Shown: positions 25,400 to 39,282 of the stretch, one piece after another | Layout: the number at the start of each line of letters is the position of its first letter | Numbering within the stretch: position 1 is the stretch's first letter | The notes under the pieces: model-generated | What the model saw: only the letters and a program-made list of their open reading frames with translations | The model's database searches: none | Told to the model about the DNA's origin: nothing | Program-made: the position numbers and the translations under genes | Source: Octopus bimaculoides | Lineage: Eukaryota | Length of the DNA: 64,000 nucleotides | Assembly: GCF_001194135.2 (NCBI RefSeq) | Contig: NC_069005.1 | Coordinates: forward strand, 21,603,475 to 21,667,474 | Direction of reading: 5' to 3'

Positions 25400-26600
25400 T
25401 ACATGGTATGTGTGTGTATCATTGATTTCTTTTTATATTTAGTTTTTACGAAAGCATAGATGTTATGAAATAAAACATCCTTCTGTTTACACTGGATTTC
25501 AAGAAATCATGCTTTAGTTTTTTAGTGACTGGATGTGCTTGTTATTTCCCCAAGTACTGTTGCATGTGTATGTTTGTGCAGTTATACATATATTAGGATG
25601 TTAACCATTTTGTTACCACATCTCTTTGGAATACATTGATTTTCTTTCAAATAATTTTGAAAAGAATATGACAAATTTTAATTTAGATCACTTTAAAATG
25701 TGGAATTTGTATGATAACTAGAGGTGGTCTCAGATAGCTTGGCATCAAGAGGGATCTGGTAGAATAAGTCTACCATCCAGGTAGGCTATGATAGAATTTG
25801 AACTCTGAATGCAGATATCTTAACAGCATTAGAGAGAGCCTTACATTTAAGATGAATATGGCTGTTATTTCTAGCAGATCAAGGGACCATGTTGTGGCTT
25901 CTTTCTTCAGTATTAGAAATGAAGGTGGTAGCTAGGCAATGGCAGGTTGAAAGCTGTTCATATGGTAGCACAGGCTTGAACTTTTCCATGGGGGTAAGTT
26001 TATTTTTTGAAGGCAGTGGAAGTCCATACCATCAGAACCAGAATCATAAAAGATGTTTTTACACATCTGGTGGTTGTGGTAATGGTGAAGCAGAGAGGGC
26101 CAAAAAGAAGATTCTTGGAGGGGTTAATTGTATATATGTTGTATGGAATTTGAAGCTTGACAAACAACAAATATTAAAGAGCTATTTCAGTTGAGGAAGG
26201 GCTGGTAGAATGATTCTAGGGGCTCTGAAGACGTGGCTGTTGATTAGGAAATGAGTGTTTGCTGGTCATTGATACCCTCAAAAAAATCTTTTGTTTAAAG
26301 TGATGGCCATATTGGAGTGGTGAACAAATGAGTTTCAGTTGGTGATAGAGGGTGACTGACTTCAGCTAAGATAATCAAAAGTAAACCATTTGGTTTGGGG
26401 TTTTAGGGAAGTATATGTGTGTGTGTGTTGAAGTATACACACACACACATACTTTATTTATGGGTTAAGGCTACCATTGGTTTCATGTTAAAGAAGCCCT
26501 CAACAGTTATCAAACTTAGCCCATGGAGCATCAATGTTTGTCTCCATTTTCAATTAAATCATAAAAAATCATGTAAAATCACAATAAAAATCATGTGAGC

Positions 26601-27005
26601 CATCATCATCATCATCGTTTAACGTCCGCTTTCCATGCTAGCATGGGTTGGACGATTTGACTGAGGACTGGTGAAACCGGATGGCAACACCAGGCTCCAG
26701 TCTAATTTGGCAGAGTTTCTACAGCTGGATGCCCTTCCTAACGCCAACCACTCAGAGAGTGTAGTGGGTGCATTTACGTGTCACCCGCACGAAAACGGCC
26801 ACGCTCGAAATGGTGTCTTTTATGTGCCACCCGCACAAGCCAGTCCAGGGGCACTGGCAACGATCTCGCTCGAAAATCCTACGGGAGCCAGTCAGGCGGT
26901 ACTGGCAACGGCCACGCTCAAAATGGTGCATCTCATGTGCCACCCGCACAAGAACCAGTCCAGGGGCACTGGCAACGATCTTACTTGGCTTGCCGGGTCT
27001 TCTCA
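26601..27005 (-). mobile_element. SINE family D with (GAT)n tail and internal duplication
   Basis: Near-identical to 4007-4383, 4949-5189, 5721-5809; older copies at ~42943-43210, 59363-59765 (-) and ~4425-4630, 32150-32345, 38420-38835 (+). Confidence 0.8.
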
Positions 27006-28991
27006 CGCACAGCACATTTCCATATATAATAGTTATCCCTATTTAACTGTCTGACTTATGCATTGGATGGTATGACAAGACCCAGTGAGACAGAAGATGG
27101 TGTTGAGTGTCAGTGTCAGCTTTAACATGGTTTCTATGGCTGGAGATCTTTCCTAACACCACCCACTTTACAGAATGCATTGGATTATTTTTTTCATGAG
27201 ACTGACACAAGTACATTCACAAAGTAACGTGCAAAGCAAAGAAAATGACCCCTCAGCTGAGTTGGATTGTTGCAGAGAGGGTGAGGGCTTAGTGCAAGGT
27301 TTTTAAGAGGCTAAATTATGATAAAGGGACAAACACAGGAGTCATGCAAGAGAAAAGATACATGGTTACTTTGCATTATATAAGAGTGGGTGGGAGTAGC
27401 ACTAAAGATGATGGTGATAAAGTGTAGACAAGATGGTGGTGTCATATATTTATATATATTTACATACACACATACACGGCAGGTGAGTTGACTTGACGAG
27501 GCTGGGACCAAACAATTTGAACAGAGGACTAAGATGGTGGAATAAAGACCAGGTCTAGTGTGTGAGGACGGCTGCTGTACCTCGTCAAAGGGCATCCTGT
27601 AACTATGCAAGGCATGGTTGTCACTTGGTGAGGTATTTTCAAAATAGCATATAACACCCATTCAGGTACCTTACCAGGGATATGGCGAAGTCATGGGACT
27701 GCAGCATGGTGGACTGTGACGATGTAGTGGAAGAGCCCTACTGAGCCAATGGTGGTGCTTACATTAATGCTGAACAGAGGAATCTTAGATGATCAATGGT
27801 CAGGATTATCAACCTCTATCAAGAGAGTAACTGCAATGCATTCATAGGGGTGGTGGTCATGATTGTGCAACCAGCTAATGAAAGATTCGCTATGACTTAA
27901 GCTCCCAATTCAAAATTTATAATAACGGATGATGACAGAGAGTCATGAGAATCTGCAGAAGACGACGTTTGTGAGAGAGAGTCCAAAAGAAAATAGACTC
28001 AGAATGGAGAAAGGTGTTTAAGTCTATACTACTTGTGGTGGTGTTGGAGCATTGTGATAGCCAAGTCATCAAAGCTGATGATTTCAAAGGAATGTGTGTT
28101 GAGATAGATGTCCTCAATCTATGATCAGAGATAGTCAAATGTATGCTGGTGGTTGAAGAAAGTTTGCCAAGAAATTGAAATTGTAATTCAAAATAAAAAC
28201 TAGTACTCGAATTTGAATTTTATTTATAAAAAGTCTGATTGTATGTATTTTTGCATACAAATTTTGACTTTTAGTTTTAGATGTTAAAAACCATCTGCTT
28301 TCTGTTTGACAATCTAGGAAAATTTGTGTATGTTTGTGAAAGCTCAAGTCTATATTAATGATGCTTTATAGAGTGCTTTGTGTGGGAGTTTAATGTGGGT
28401 GAAAATTGAGTCCTAATTGTTATGGTAAGTTGTGAGTTGTGCAAGCAGTGTCATTTCCAGTATCCTGTGAAAACATGACTGACCATGGGGAAATATTACC
28501 TTGCTTGGAAACATGAGGGTTGGCTACAGGAAGGGCCAACCGAAATAAGCTACAATAAATGGTATCTGACCCATGTAAGCATGGAAAAATGGATGTTAAA
28601 ATGATGATGATGCTCTGTGTGTTTGAACCTATCTTTCTGTCTGTCTGTCTGAGTGTCTGTTTATCTATCTATCCATGTGTCTACACACACACACACATAC
28701 ACACACTCATGTATGCATGTAAATACAGATATAGAGACACACACACCAGAGAAGGATGATAAGTGGAAGCTGGGAAAGGGGTTTCAGAAGATAGACTTTT
28801 GTAATCTGGAAAAGCAATGGCTGAAATTTATTAGCTTTGTTGACTCCATTACACATCACATGATTGTTGAAGCAGTTTATCTTCCTTCCATATTGTACAT
28901 ATTTGTGTCCATGTATCTGTATTTTTCTCTGTGTGTGTGTGTGTGAAATTATGTTGAATTGCACAGATATGAGTGTGTATGAGTGTACATT

Positions 28992-29029
<38 letters not shown>

Positions 29030-29309
29030 CATACATATATATACATATATGTATATATATATATCACAACCAGATGCATATAGGAATCTTATTCTGTGCA
29101 GCATAAATTTACGACAACCTCGTCAGTGTAACCACGGTTTTTGTAGTAGTGGTAATGATTACGATACAATATCAGTCTCGTAATAGAAATGGTTTTCTTC
29201 ATCTTTTTATATTTAGTTTTTTTCATTTTTTTTTAATTTTCTCTTCACTTCTCCAAATATTTCTCCATTTCTTCAGTCTTTTTTCATTTATCAATTTGCT
29301 TCCTTTTTC

Positions 29310-29960
29310 TTCCTTTGTTTTCCCAGTTTTTCATCCTTTTCTTCTTGTATTCCTAGTTTTTCCCTACTTTTCTTTCATGTCCTCAGTTTTTCCCCTACTT
29401 TTCTTTCATGTCCTCAGTTTTTCCCCTTCTTTCTTTTCATGTCCCCTGTTTTCCATCCACTCCTTTCATGCACCCTCCCATATTTCTTTCTCTTTCCTCA
29501 TGTCTCCAGTTATTCTCTTCTCTCCTGTCATGTCCCCTGTTTTCCATCCTCTCCTTTCATGCCCCTCCCCCCACAGTTTCTTTCTCTTTCCTCATGTCTC
29601 CAGTTATTCCCTTCTCTCCCACCATGTCACCTGTTTTCCACCCACTCATCTCATGTCCCCAGTTTTCCCTTCTCTCCTTTTGTGTCCCATATTTCCCATC
29701 CTCTCAATGTCCTATATTTTCCTTCTGCTTCATGTACCCAGTTTTTCTCTTCTCTTCCTCATGTCTCCATTTTCCCTTCTCCTGTCTTAATATCCCATAT
29801 TTTTCCTTCTCCTGCTTCATGCCCCTAGTTCTTCCTTTCTCTCCTTCATGTCCCCTGTTTTTCCCTCTCTTTCATATCTCTAACTCTTCACTTTTTGTCC
29901 CCAGCTTTTCCCTTCTCTTCCTTGTCCTCATTTTTCTATCCTCTCCCTCTATGCTTCCAG
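29310..29960 (+). repeat. Degenerate pyrimidine-rich minisatellite (catgtcccc(a/t)gtttt core) with a ~100-bp higher-order duplication
   Basis: Recurring core; tttctttctctttcctcatgtctccagttattc occurs twice (~29483 and ~29577). Confidence 0.75.
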
Positions 29961-30409
29961 TTTTCCTTTTTTGTTTTCCATCTTCGTGTCCCCATGACCC
30001 CTTTTATTCTTTCATGCATTCAGCTTTCCGTTCTCTCTCTCCCTCCCCTTCTCCTTCCATCCCCCCCCCAACAGCCACTTCAGTCTTTCTATCCCCCCCC
30101 ACCTCTTCATTTCCTTCACTCATTTCTCCTTATCTCTCTTTTCACCTTCTTCTCATCTTATCTCTCACTCTTCCTGTTTCTCCCACACCCATTCTCTTTT
30201 CTCAGTGTCTTTTTTTTCCTCTTCTCTTATTCTCACCCTTCTTCCATTACTCTTTCAAATTCCCTCCCCTCTCCCCCTCATTCTCATTCTGTCTTTTTGC
30301 ACATATTTTCTCACATTTTCATTTTCTTCTCAATTTATCCACCCATCTCTTACTTCTCCATTTCTCTCCATTTACATCCTACACACTAACATACACACAT
30401 GCACAGAGT

Positions 30410-30441
<32 letters not shown>

Positions 30442-30959
30442 ACACATGCATATACCCACTCATACACTGACAAATACGCCTCCATAGTATTCTAGAACTG
30501 GACAGACGAGCTTATTTACTTGGTGGTGTACATGATTAACAGTACACTAGTTAGTTGATCTTACTACCATTACTTCTACACCACCACCACCACCACGATG
30601 ATGATGATGATGATGAGCAGAAGAAAAATAAGTCATATTTTAAAAATTAAATAAAATGACGAGGTTCTTATAATTATGTTGACAACTTCTTGCATATGGT
30701 GCACAAGGCCAGAAAGGAATTTGGGAGGCATAGTTAGTTGATTTATATCAACCCCAATACTTGAATGGCACTATATTTTATTGCTACTTCACTCCCCAAG
30801 AAGGATGTAAGGCGAAGTTTGCCTCAGTGAGGTGGAAGACTACATATTGTTAATAGTAATGTGGGACTTTTTATTAAATTGATCTCAGTACTTGCTTGAT
30901 TTATGGAAGGCTGAAAGGCAAGGCTAATGCTACCTTGGCAGGATTTGAAAATCAATAAT

Positions 30960-31173
30960 TATAATAATTCTTTCTAATTTTGGTTTGGCACCAGGTTGGC
31001 AATTTCGATGGGGGAAGAACTAGTCAATTATGTCAACCTCAGTGCTCAACTGGTACTAATTATATCGACCCCAAAAGGATGAAAGGCAAAGTTGCCCTAG
31101 GTGGCATACAAACTCAGAGCATAATGCTATAGGAAATGACACTAAGCAATCCTGTCAGCTCATTACCTTAATA

Positions 31174-31211
<38 letters not shown>

Positions 31212-31880
31212 TATTATTATTATAATAATGATAATATTGATAGTAATAATGGTTTCCTATTTTGGCACAAATGTAGCAATTTTGAGGTTAGAGGGTAAAT
31301 GAACTACATCAACTTCTGTAGTTGACTGGTATTATATTTTATTCACCTTGAAAAGATGACAGGCAAAGTTGACTTTAGTGTGATTTGAACTCAGAATGTG
31401 GAAAGAAATGCTGCTAGGCATTTGTCCGACGTGCTAAGAGTTCCACCAGCTCACTGCCTTAATAATAATAATAATAATCCTTTCTATTAAAGGCACAAAG
31501 CCTGGAACTTGTTGGAAGGTGGGGAGAAAGTTGATGACATTCTTAATTTATTGACCCCTGAAAGGATGAAAGGCAAAGTTGACCTCAGTGGAATTCGAAC
31601 TCAGAGTGAAGTGGCAGATGAAATACCGCTAAGCATTTTGCCCGGTCAGCTGACCGTCTCTTAATAATAATAATAATAATAATGCAATTATAAGAATAAT
31701 TGTTTCAAATTTTGGCGCATGACTAGCAATTTTGAGCACAGGGGACTAGTTGAGTACATTGACCCTAATACTTAACTTGGTACTTTATTTTACTAACTTA
31801 GAATTGAGCTTAGGATGTAAAGAGTCAGAACAAATACCTCAAGATATTTTGCTTAATTCTCTGAAGATGATTTCGTTGGC
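30960..31880 (-). mobile_element. Array of four or more family B SINE copies separated by (TAA)n
   Basis: Repeated aactggtact...gaaaggcaaagt(t)gac...tttgaactcag modules. Confidence 0.7.
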
Positions 31881-32511
31881 AGCTGACCAAAGTTTTGTAC
31901 GAAAGATTGAGTCAGCTATTGTCGATGTCTATGACTTAATATTGAAATCCTCTTCTCTGGAGAGATTTGAACCTAAGACTTTGAGAACTGAAACTACATA
32001 CTGTAGAGTAGTTTGTTTTTTTTATTTATGAATCCCTTTGATTCCTATTTTCTTCTACTGGACCCTTGTAGCCATTTGATATTAAAACAAAATCCCTTTA
32101 TTTGAATAACTAAAGAGTGTTAGGAATATTAAATATTATTACATGTGACAAGCATTGGTGATAGTGTCATGTAAAAAGCACTCAGTACTCTCTGTAAAGT
32201 GGTTGGCATTAAGAAGGGGCATCCAACCATAGATACCAAGCCAAAACACACTATGGAACCTGATGGTGTCCCTAGCCTTGCCAGTTCTGGTCAAGCTGTC
32301 CAACCCATGCCAGCATAGAAAAATGGACGTATGATGTTGATGGTGAGCTGTATTGAAAAAAATTGTTAAAATATTTTGTGTATTGTAGAAGATTAACTGA
32401 TTTACTGCTCATAAATTTTGGCAACAAAATCTTATGTGGGCTCTGATTAAAAACCTGCTGTAGAACATTTAGTTTGGGATTACTAGTTTCTGCCATTTTA
32501 TCACTTTTTGT

Positions 32512-32870
32512 AATGGCCCAGTGGTTAGGGTAGCAGACTCGCGGTTATAGGATCGCGGTTTTGATTCCCAGACCGGGTGTTGTGAGTGTTTATTGAGCGA
32601 AAACACCTAAAAGCTCCACGAGGCTCCGGCAGGGGATGGTGGCGAACCCTAACTTTCTCTCACTCTTACTTCCTGTTTCTGTTGTGCCTGTAATTCAAAG
32701 GGTCAGCCTTGTCACACTGTGTCACGCTGAATATCCCCGAGAACTACGTTAAGGGCACACGTGTCTGTGGAGTGCTCAGCCACTTGCACGTTAATTTCAT
32801 GAGCAGGTTGTTCCGTTGATCGGATCAACTGGAACCCTCGACGTCGTAAGCAACGGAGTGCCAACAACAA
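32512..32870 (+). mobile_element. SINE family A copy
   Basis: Collinear with 409-787 from the A box to the (CAA)n tail. Confidence 0.85.
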
Positions 32871-33152
32871 GAAGCAATAATGATAGTAATAAACCGACAT
32901 GAAATGCCTTTCATCAAACTCTGACTATAATATTTTTATCCTTTTTTTTGTTTGCTTTTTCACTTGTTTCAGCATTAGACTGTGACCATGCTGGGGCACC
33001 AGTTTGAAATATTATTTTTTCTTTAGTTGAATGACTCAACCCCAGTACTTATTCTTTTAAAAGCCTGGTCCTTATTCTATCAGTCTCTTTTACCAAACTG
33101 CTAAGCTACAGGGACGGAAACATACCATCAGTTGTTAAGTGGTGGTGGGTGA

Positions 33153-33188
<36 letters not shown>

Positions 33189-33589
33189 ATGGGCTTCATT
33201 CAGTTTCCATCTACCAACTCCACTCACAAGGCTTTGGTCAGGCCCGAGGCTATAGCAGAAGACACTGGCCCAAGAAGCCACACTGTGGGACTGAACCCAG
33301 AAGCGTGGGACTGAGAAGCAAGCTTCTTACCACATAACCATGCCTGTACCTATAATGTTGAAAATAGATTTTCTTTGAAATTTTCAAATCTATTTGCTAT
33401 GACTTCATCTTTTTGAGATATTTGAAGAATTTCCAGACAGTTGTAATAGTTGTAGTAGTCATAATAAGTAATGTCTTCTGGCTTAGGCACAAGGCCAGCA
33501 GTTTTGAGGGGTGGGGGATTTGTTGATTCAATTGACCTTGTAATGTGACTAGTATTTTATTTTACCCACCTTTGAAAGAATGACAGGCA

Positions 33590-33800
33590 AAATCATAATG
33601 GTAATAGTAGTAATATTAATGACCTTCAAGGCAGTAGTAACAATACTAGTAGTAGTGGTAGTAGTAATAACAATGATTTGCAAAACAGTAGTAGCAAAAG
33701 TATTAATAGTAATGATGGTGATGATGATGATAATAATAGCAGTAATAGTAATAATAATAATAATGATAATAATAATAATCATGAAGATGGTAAAAGAGAG
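33590..33800. repeat. Mixed trinucleotide microsatellite (TAA/TAG/TGA)n
   Basis: Direct reading; source of poly-I/V/T ORF artefacts. Confidence 0.85.
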
Positions 33801-36005
33801 ATAAAGTGAAATTCTTTTAACATTCATTTAACATTCTTAAGAAAAATTGAAATCAAAAAATTGTGAAAGCAAAAAAACAAAAAGCAAAAAAGCAAAACAA
33901 TAAAAATAAAATTGATTGAAATACATTTATTTGCCAACATATTTTCTCCATNNNNNNNNNNNNNNNNNNNNNNNNNNNNNNNNNNNNNNNNNNNNNNNNN
34001 NNNNNNNNNNNNNNNNNNNNNNNNNNNNNNNNNNNNNNNNNNNNNNNNNNNNNNNNNNNNNNNNNNNNNNNNNNNNNNNNNNNNNNNNNNNNNNNNNNNN
34101 NNNNNNNNNNNNNNNNNNNNNNNNNNNNNNNNNNNNNNNNNNNNNNNNNNNNNNNNNNNNNNNNNNNNNNNNNNNNNNNNNNNNNNNNNNNNNNNNNNNN
34201 NNNNNNNNNNNNNNNNNNNNNNNNNNNNNNNNNNNNNNNNNNNNNNNNNNNNNNNNNNNNNNNNNNNNNNNNNNNNNNNNNNNNNNNNNNNNNNNNNNNN
34301 NNNNNNNNNNNNNNNNNNNNNNNNNNNNNNNNNNNNNNNNNNNNNNNNNNNNNNNNNNNNNNNNNNNNNNNNNNNNNNNNNNNNNNNNNNNNNNNNNNNN
34401 NNNNNNNNNNNNNNNNNNNNNNNNNNNNNNNNNNNNNNNNNNNNNNNNNNNNNNNNNNNNNNNNNNNNNNNNNNNNNNNNNNNNNNNNNNNNNNNNNNNN
34501 NNNNNNNNNNNNNNNNNNNNNNNNNNNNNNNNNNNNNNNNNNNNNNNNNNNNNNNNNNNNNNNNNNNNNNNNNNNNNNNNNNNNNNNNNNNNNNNNNNNN
34601 NNNNNNNNNNNNNNNNNNNNNNNNNNNNNNNNNNNNNNNNNNNNNNNNNNNNNNNNNNNNNNNNNNNNNNNNNNNNNNNNNNNNNNNNNNNNNNNNNNNN
34701 NNNNNNNNNNNNNNNNNNNNNNNNNNNNNNNNNNNNNNNNNNNNNNNNNNNNNNNNNNNNNNNNNNNNNNNNNNNNNNNNNNNNNNNNNNNNNNNNNNNN
34801 NNNNNNNNNNNNNNNNNNNNNNTATATATATATGCAGCCAAGTGACAACATAGTTGTGGCCGATGCTGGTGTCACATAACTGGCACCTATGCCAGTGGCA
34901 CATAAGAAGCATCTTTCGAACATTGTGCCTTACTGAGGCAATGACATGTGACTATGACCTTCGGTGATATGCTGTGCTTGAGAAGACCCATCAAGCTCAG
35001 TGAAATTGTAGTCATGACTGATGCTGGTGTCGTATAACTGGCACTTATGCTGGTCACACATAGAAAGCACCCATTACACCCTTGAGTGGTTGGCATTAGG
35101 AACGGCATCCAGCTGCAGAAACCATGCCAAATCAGATTGGAACCCGATGCAGCTCTCCAGTTTCAATCAAAACATCCCTTACATTTTCCACTTGAAAGTA
35201 ATTATTATAAGAGAATCAATTATGTTTTAGGCAATTATGTCTTGGGGGTTACAACTTCTTGTTGTTTTTCTTTCAAATCTAAATAGAAAGTATTGTCTCC
35301 AGTCTCAGGACTCTTAGGGCTGGTTCCTGGTTTTTATGGATTAAATGTGATTAAGATCACATTTCCCCTGAATGGGATATAAGTCTGTCCCAGGTTTACT
35401 CATTTGTAACTGACTGAACTGGAGTAATATGAAATGAAGTGTCTTGCTCAAGAACATAACCCATTAACCTGACCAGGAATCAAAACCACGACCTTGTGAT
35501 TGTGAGTTTGAACATCCTTAACTACTAGGTCACACATCATCATTTTCAAACCTGAATACATTAATCAAAGTGTTTCTGAGTGGAAGCTTTAGTCTTGTCA
35601 AGTACATGACAACCCCTCTAATACTGGTGCTATGAAAATAATGCATTCAGTACCATTTCTGTAAAATTATTGGCATTAGGAAGACTATCTAGTTGTAGAA
35701 ATGAAACATAGGAATGATGCCTGGTCTTTTGATGCATATAGAAGAGCAGTAAATTTGAGTAAGGACTAATTCAGACTGTGGTGACCCACCAAACCCATCT
35801 CAGTATGAAAAGTAGACGTTAAAGTGAAGATGATGTTTGTTTACATTATAAATTGAAATGAAAAACATACATCGTTTTTATTTTTTTTTATTTTTGTTAT
35901 ATCATTAAAAAACAAATGATCTTTGTTTTTCTACTTTACGATTTTCTGCTGGAAATAAATTCTTAATGCCATTTTATTTCATTTCTTTATTACAGAAGTA
36001 AAACA

Positions 36006-36105
36006 ATGTCATCGGTTAAAGTTGCTGTAAGGGTACGTCCCTTCAACAGTCGGGAAATTGCCCGAGACTCAACTTGTATCATTGATATGTGTGGAACAAC
36101 AACCA
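36006..36105 (+). CDS. unc-104: Kinesin-3 (unc-104/KIF1A-B) coding exon 1: [33 protein letters not shown] + 1 nt
   Basis: Matches KIF1A N-terminus [15 protein letters not shown]. Acceptor tttctttattacag ends 35995, leaving 10 nt of 5'UTR (aagtaaaaca) before ATG; donor gtaagt at 36106; phase 1. Confidence 0.96.
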
Positions 36106-36264
36106 GTAAGTTAATCATTTTTTTGACCATTTTCTGCTCCTCTGCCTCCTCTCTCTCTCTCTTCTCCCTACTTTTCTTATTTTTAGCTAGAATTGCTGAG
36201 ATGTGACATAATTGTAAGAGACTTTGACTTTTATGTCACCTCTTCATAGTCCTCTATCATTTAA

Positions 36265-36483
36265 CCCTTTAGCATTTAAACTTTAGCATTTAATCTGGCC
36301 TAAATGTTCCCCCCGTTTCATGTTCAAAGTGGCCAGTTCCAGCCTCTCACCTTAAAATGTCATTCTAAAAATAAGCAGTCACATCATTGAAATCTCAAAG
36401 CTACAAGATGAACACAAGATTAATTCCAAACAATGCAAATAAACAAGCATTACATTCGACAGAGAAATCTGAATGCTAAAAGG
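36265..36483. mobile_element. TTAA-flanked piggyBac-type MITE family F; other copies 21309-21573, 59067-59286, 56952-57353 (with extra insert)
   Basis: TTAA-ccctttagcatt...aatgctaaaggg-TTAA ends and a shared body in four copies. Confidence 0.75.
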
Positions 36484-37014
36484 TTAAAGAGACAGTGGCT
36501 ATTCTGGCCGACAGTCAGGTGACCAGATCTTTCGGTAAGTGTGCTCCAATAGACTGAAAGACAGTAGGAAACCAAAACCTACAATGGGCTTAATATGTCT
36601 GTAATTTGGAAATTTTGATAATTTCTATCATTCACAATAATGGCTTCAGATGAAAAAAAAATAATAAAGTAGACAATTAGAAAATTTGCTGATCACGTTA
36701 ACCCTTTTGTTACCATATTTCTGTTGGAATCAGCGATTTTGTCTCATTAAAAAAGACAACCAAAAGAGTGTTTCATCCTTGCTTTTGTGATACCTAGTGC
36801 TGCCTAATAAAAGGTAAACTCTTGTATCTTCCTTGTTTTTCCTACTTAATAAGCGGTAAATTCCTACTAAGTGACATAACGTGTTATAGTTCTGTTTTGC
36901 AGTTGTAGCCAGTCTACATTTGCTGTTATACTCCTTCAAATGATATAAATGTCATCAATTCCATTTCATTATTCTTTATCTGAAATCTTATATCTTGTCA
37001 AAACAAAAACCAAT

Positions 37015-37096
37015 ATTTTAACAATATTTTAAAAGGTAATCTCTGATTGACCAGTATTTTAACAATATTTTAAAAGGCAATTTCTGATTGACCAAT
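37015..37096 (+). repeat. 41-bp tandem duplication
   Basis: attttaacaatattttaaaagg(t/c)aat(c/t)tctgattgacca(g/a)t twice. Confidence 0.85.
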
Positions 37097-37385
37097 GCTA
37101 TTAAAAATTTAATCTTATAAATGTTTTTGTGTATTTGTCACTGTTGATTTAATTTTATTTTGGTGAATTAAAATTGCTGTTCTTGTCACGATCCTATGAA
37201 ATACTGTGATCAGTATGCATACATACATACATACATATATCTGTGTGTACACAGACGTGTACATATATGTGCAACAAAATTTCCATAAATTAGTAATCCC
37301 TAAACAAGTATAATCCTGACCGGAGTTAGAACCCCAATGAAGGATAATTGCATAATATCAATGTATAGTATAATACATACATACT

Positions 37386-37427
<42 letters not shown>

Positions 37428-37646
37428 NNNNNNNNNNNNNNNNNNNNNNNNNNNNNNNNNNNNNNNNNNNNNNNNNNNNNNNNNNNNNNNNNNNNNNTAT
37501 AAAATTAAACATTTCATTTTACTATATATACTATATATTCCATATTCTATATCCTACATTAATTTTATAAGAATATGAATAAAACATAAAAAACAGACAA
37601 AGTTGGAATTCTTTTGAATAATATATATATATATATATATATATAT

Positions 37647-37838
37647 GGGAGAATTTACGATAAAAACAACGAAGACAGGTTGTGTAAACAACAAATGGAT
37701 GTATTAGTTTAACACTCGGGAATAGAGAAAGTCTTTGACGTTTTGAGCCTACGCTCTTCAACTGAAACGAACACAGAAAGAAATAAGGAGAGAAACAAGG
37801 AGAAAAAAAATATATAAATGTAGTGGTCAGCGATTTAT
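37647..37838 (-). mobile_element. (TA)n-flanked repeat resembling a Penelope-like terminus; partial copy at 11193-11285
   Basis: Shared gggagaatttacga...gggaatagagaaagtc; minus strand reads cagttga-a-gag(cgtagg)ctc-aaaa-cgtc, a decayed hammerhead layout. Confidence 0.4.
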
Positions 37839-39249
37839 CATATATATATATATATATAAACAAAACCACCATTAATCAAGAAACCAAAATTGTCCTAAAG
37901 AATTTTAACCTCAGAAGTAGAATTTCATTGAAGGACACATATTCAGAATCACAAGAACACAAGATACAAATGGTTCACAGTCAACAAGTACATCATATGT
38001 ATACTCACTAGAGGTTTATCATTGGAAAGACATCTTGTAGAAGAATATCTAATTCCATATTAGCAGTAAATAAATAAATCTTTGGAATATAAAAGAAGTA
38101 AATATTGAAATAGACATATATAAATCAGCATCATTTTAATATCTACTTTTCCATTCTTGTGTTGGTCAAATGGAATTTTTTTTAGGCAGATTTTCTATGG
38201 AGGGGTGCCCTTCCTGGCACCAACCCTCACTTGTTTCCAAGCAAATTAATATTTCTTCAAGCTCAGACGTAGTTTTCGAAGAATATGTTGGAAATGAATG
38301 AAACTGCTTGAATATTGGTGACACTCATTTACAACTATCATATGATGTCAAAACAAGGAAACATGAACACACCATCATATATATGAACATACATAGTATC
38401 TGTCTGTACATATAGCTTGCCGGTCTTCAGTCAAACCATCCAACCCATGCCAGCATAGAAAGCAGATGTTAAATGATGATGATGTTGTATATATATATAT
38501 ATGAAGCAGTTGGCATTAGGAAGGGCATCCAGTTGTGAAAATCATGCCAAAACAGACCTCACCGGTACTGGTATGACATGGAAAGCATCCAGTTCACTGT
38601 GTAAAGTGGTTGGTGTTAGGAAAGGCATCCAACCATAAAAACCATGTCAAAACAGATTTTGCCAGTGCTGGTGCCACATGAAAAGCACCCAGTCCACTCT
38701 GTAAAATGGAAGGGCATCCAGCCATAAAAGCCATACCAAAACAGACATACCCTGGTGCAATCCTTTGGCTTGCCAGCATCTGTCAAATCATCCAGCTCAT
38801 GCCTGCATGAAAGACGGATGTTAAATGATGATGATGATAAATATCTCCAGGTACTAAATCCACTCACAAGGTTTTGACCAGGTTAAGGTTATAGTAGAAG
38901 ACATTTGCCCAAAGTGTCACACAGTAGGGTTGAACCTGGAACCTTATGTGTGGGAAGCAAACTGCTTAAGCACAAGCATGGACAGATTATTTTTTAGGAT
39001 TAAATTCCTAAACAATGTTACAATCATTTGTTCAATAGACATATTTTTAGTAGCTTCATTGGACAAGTAGACACTCACTCCCTACCCTCCATGAGTTGGG
39101 AGTGAGTGCCTATAAGCAGCCAGGTCTATAAGCAGCCAGACACAAAGATCAAGTGGGGGTAATCAGGAATCTATTTTCACTGTTGAGGCTAAAAATAATT
39201 TATTAAATACATGTTGTAACTAAATTTACAAATTTAGAACACACATGTC

Positions 39250-39282
<33 letters not shown>

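Noticed and set aside
29149-30487. ORFs of 213-359 aa rich in F/S/P/L (also 60012-60901 and 58105-58455)
   Set aside because: Polypyrimidine repeats lack stop codons; peptide periodicity mirrors the DNA unit.
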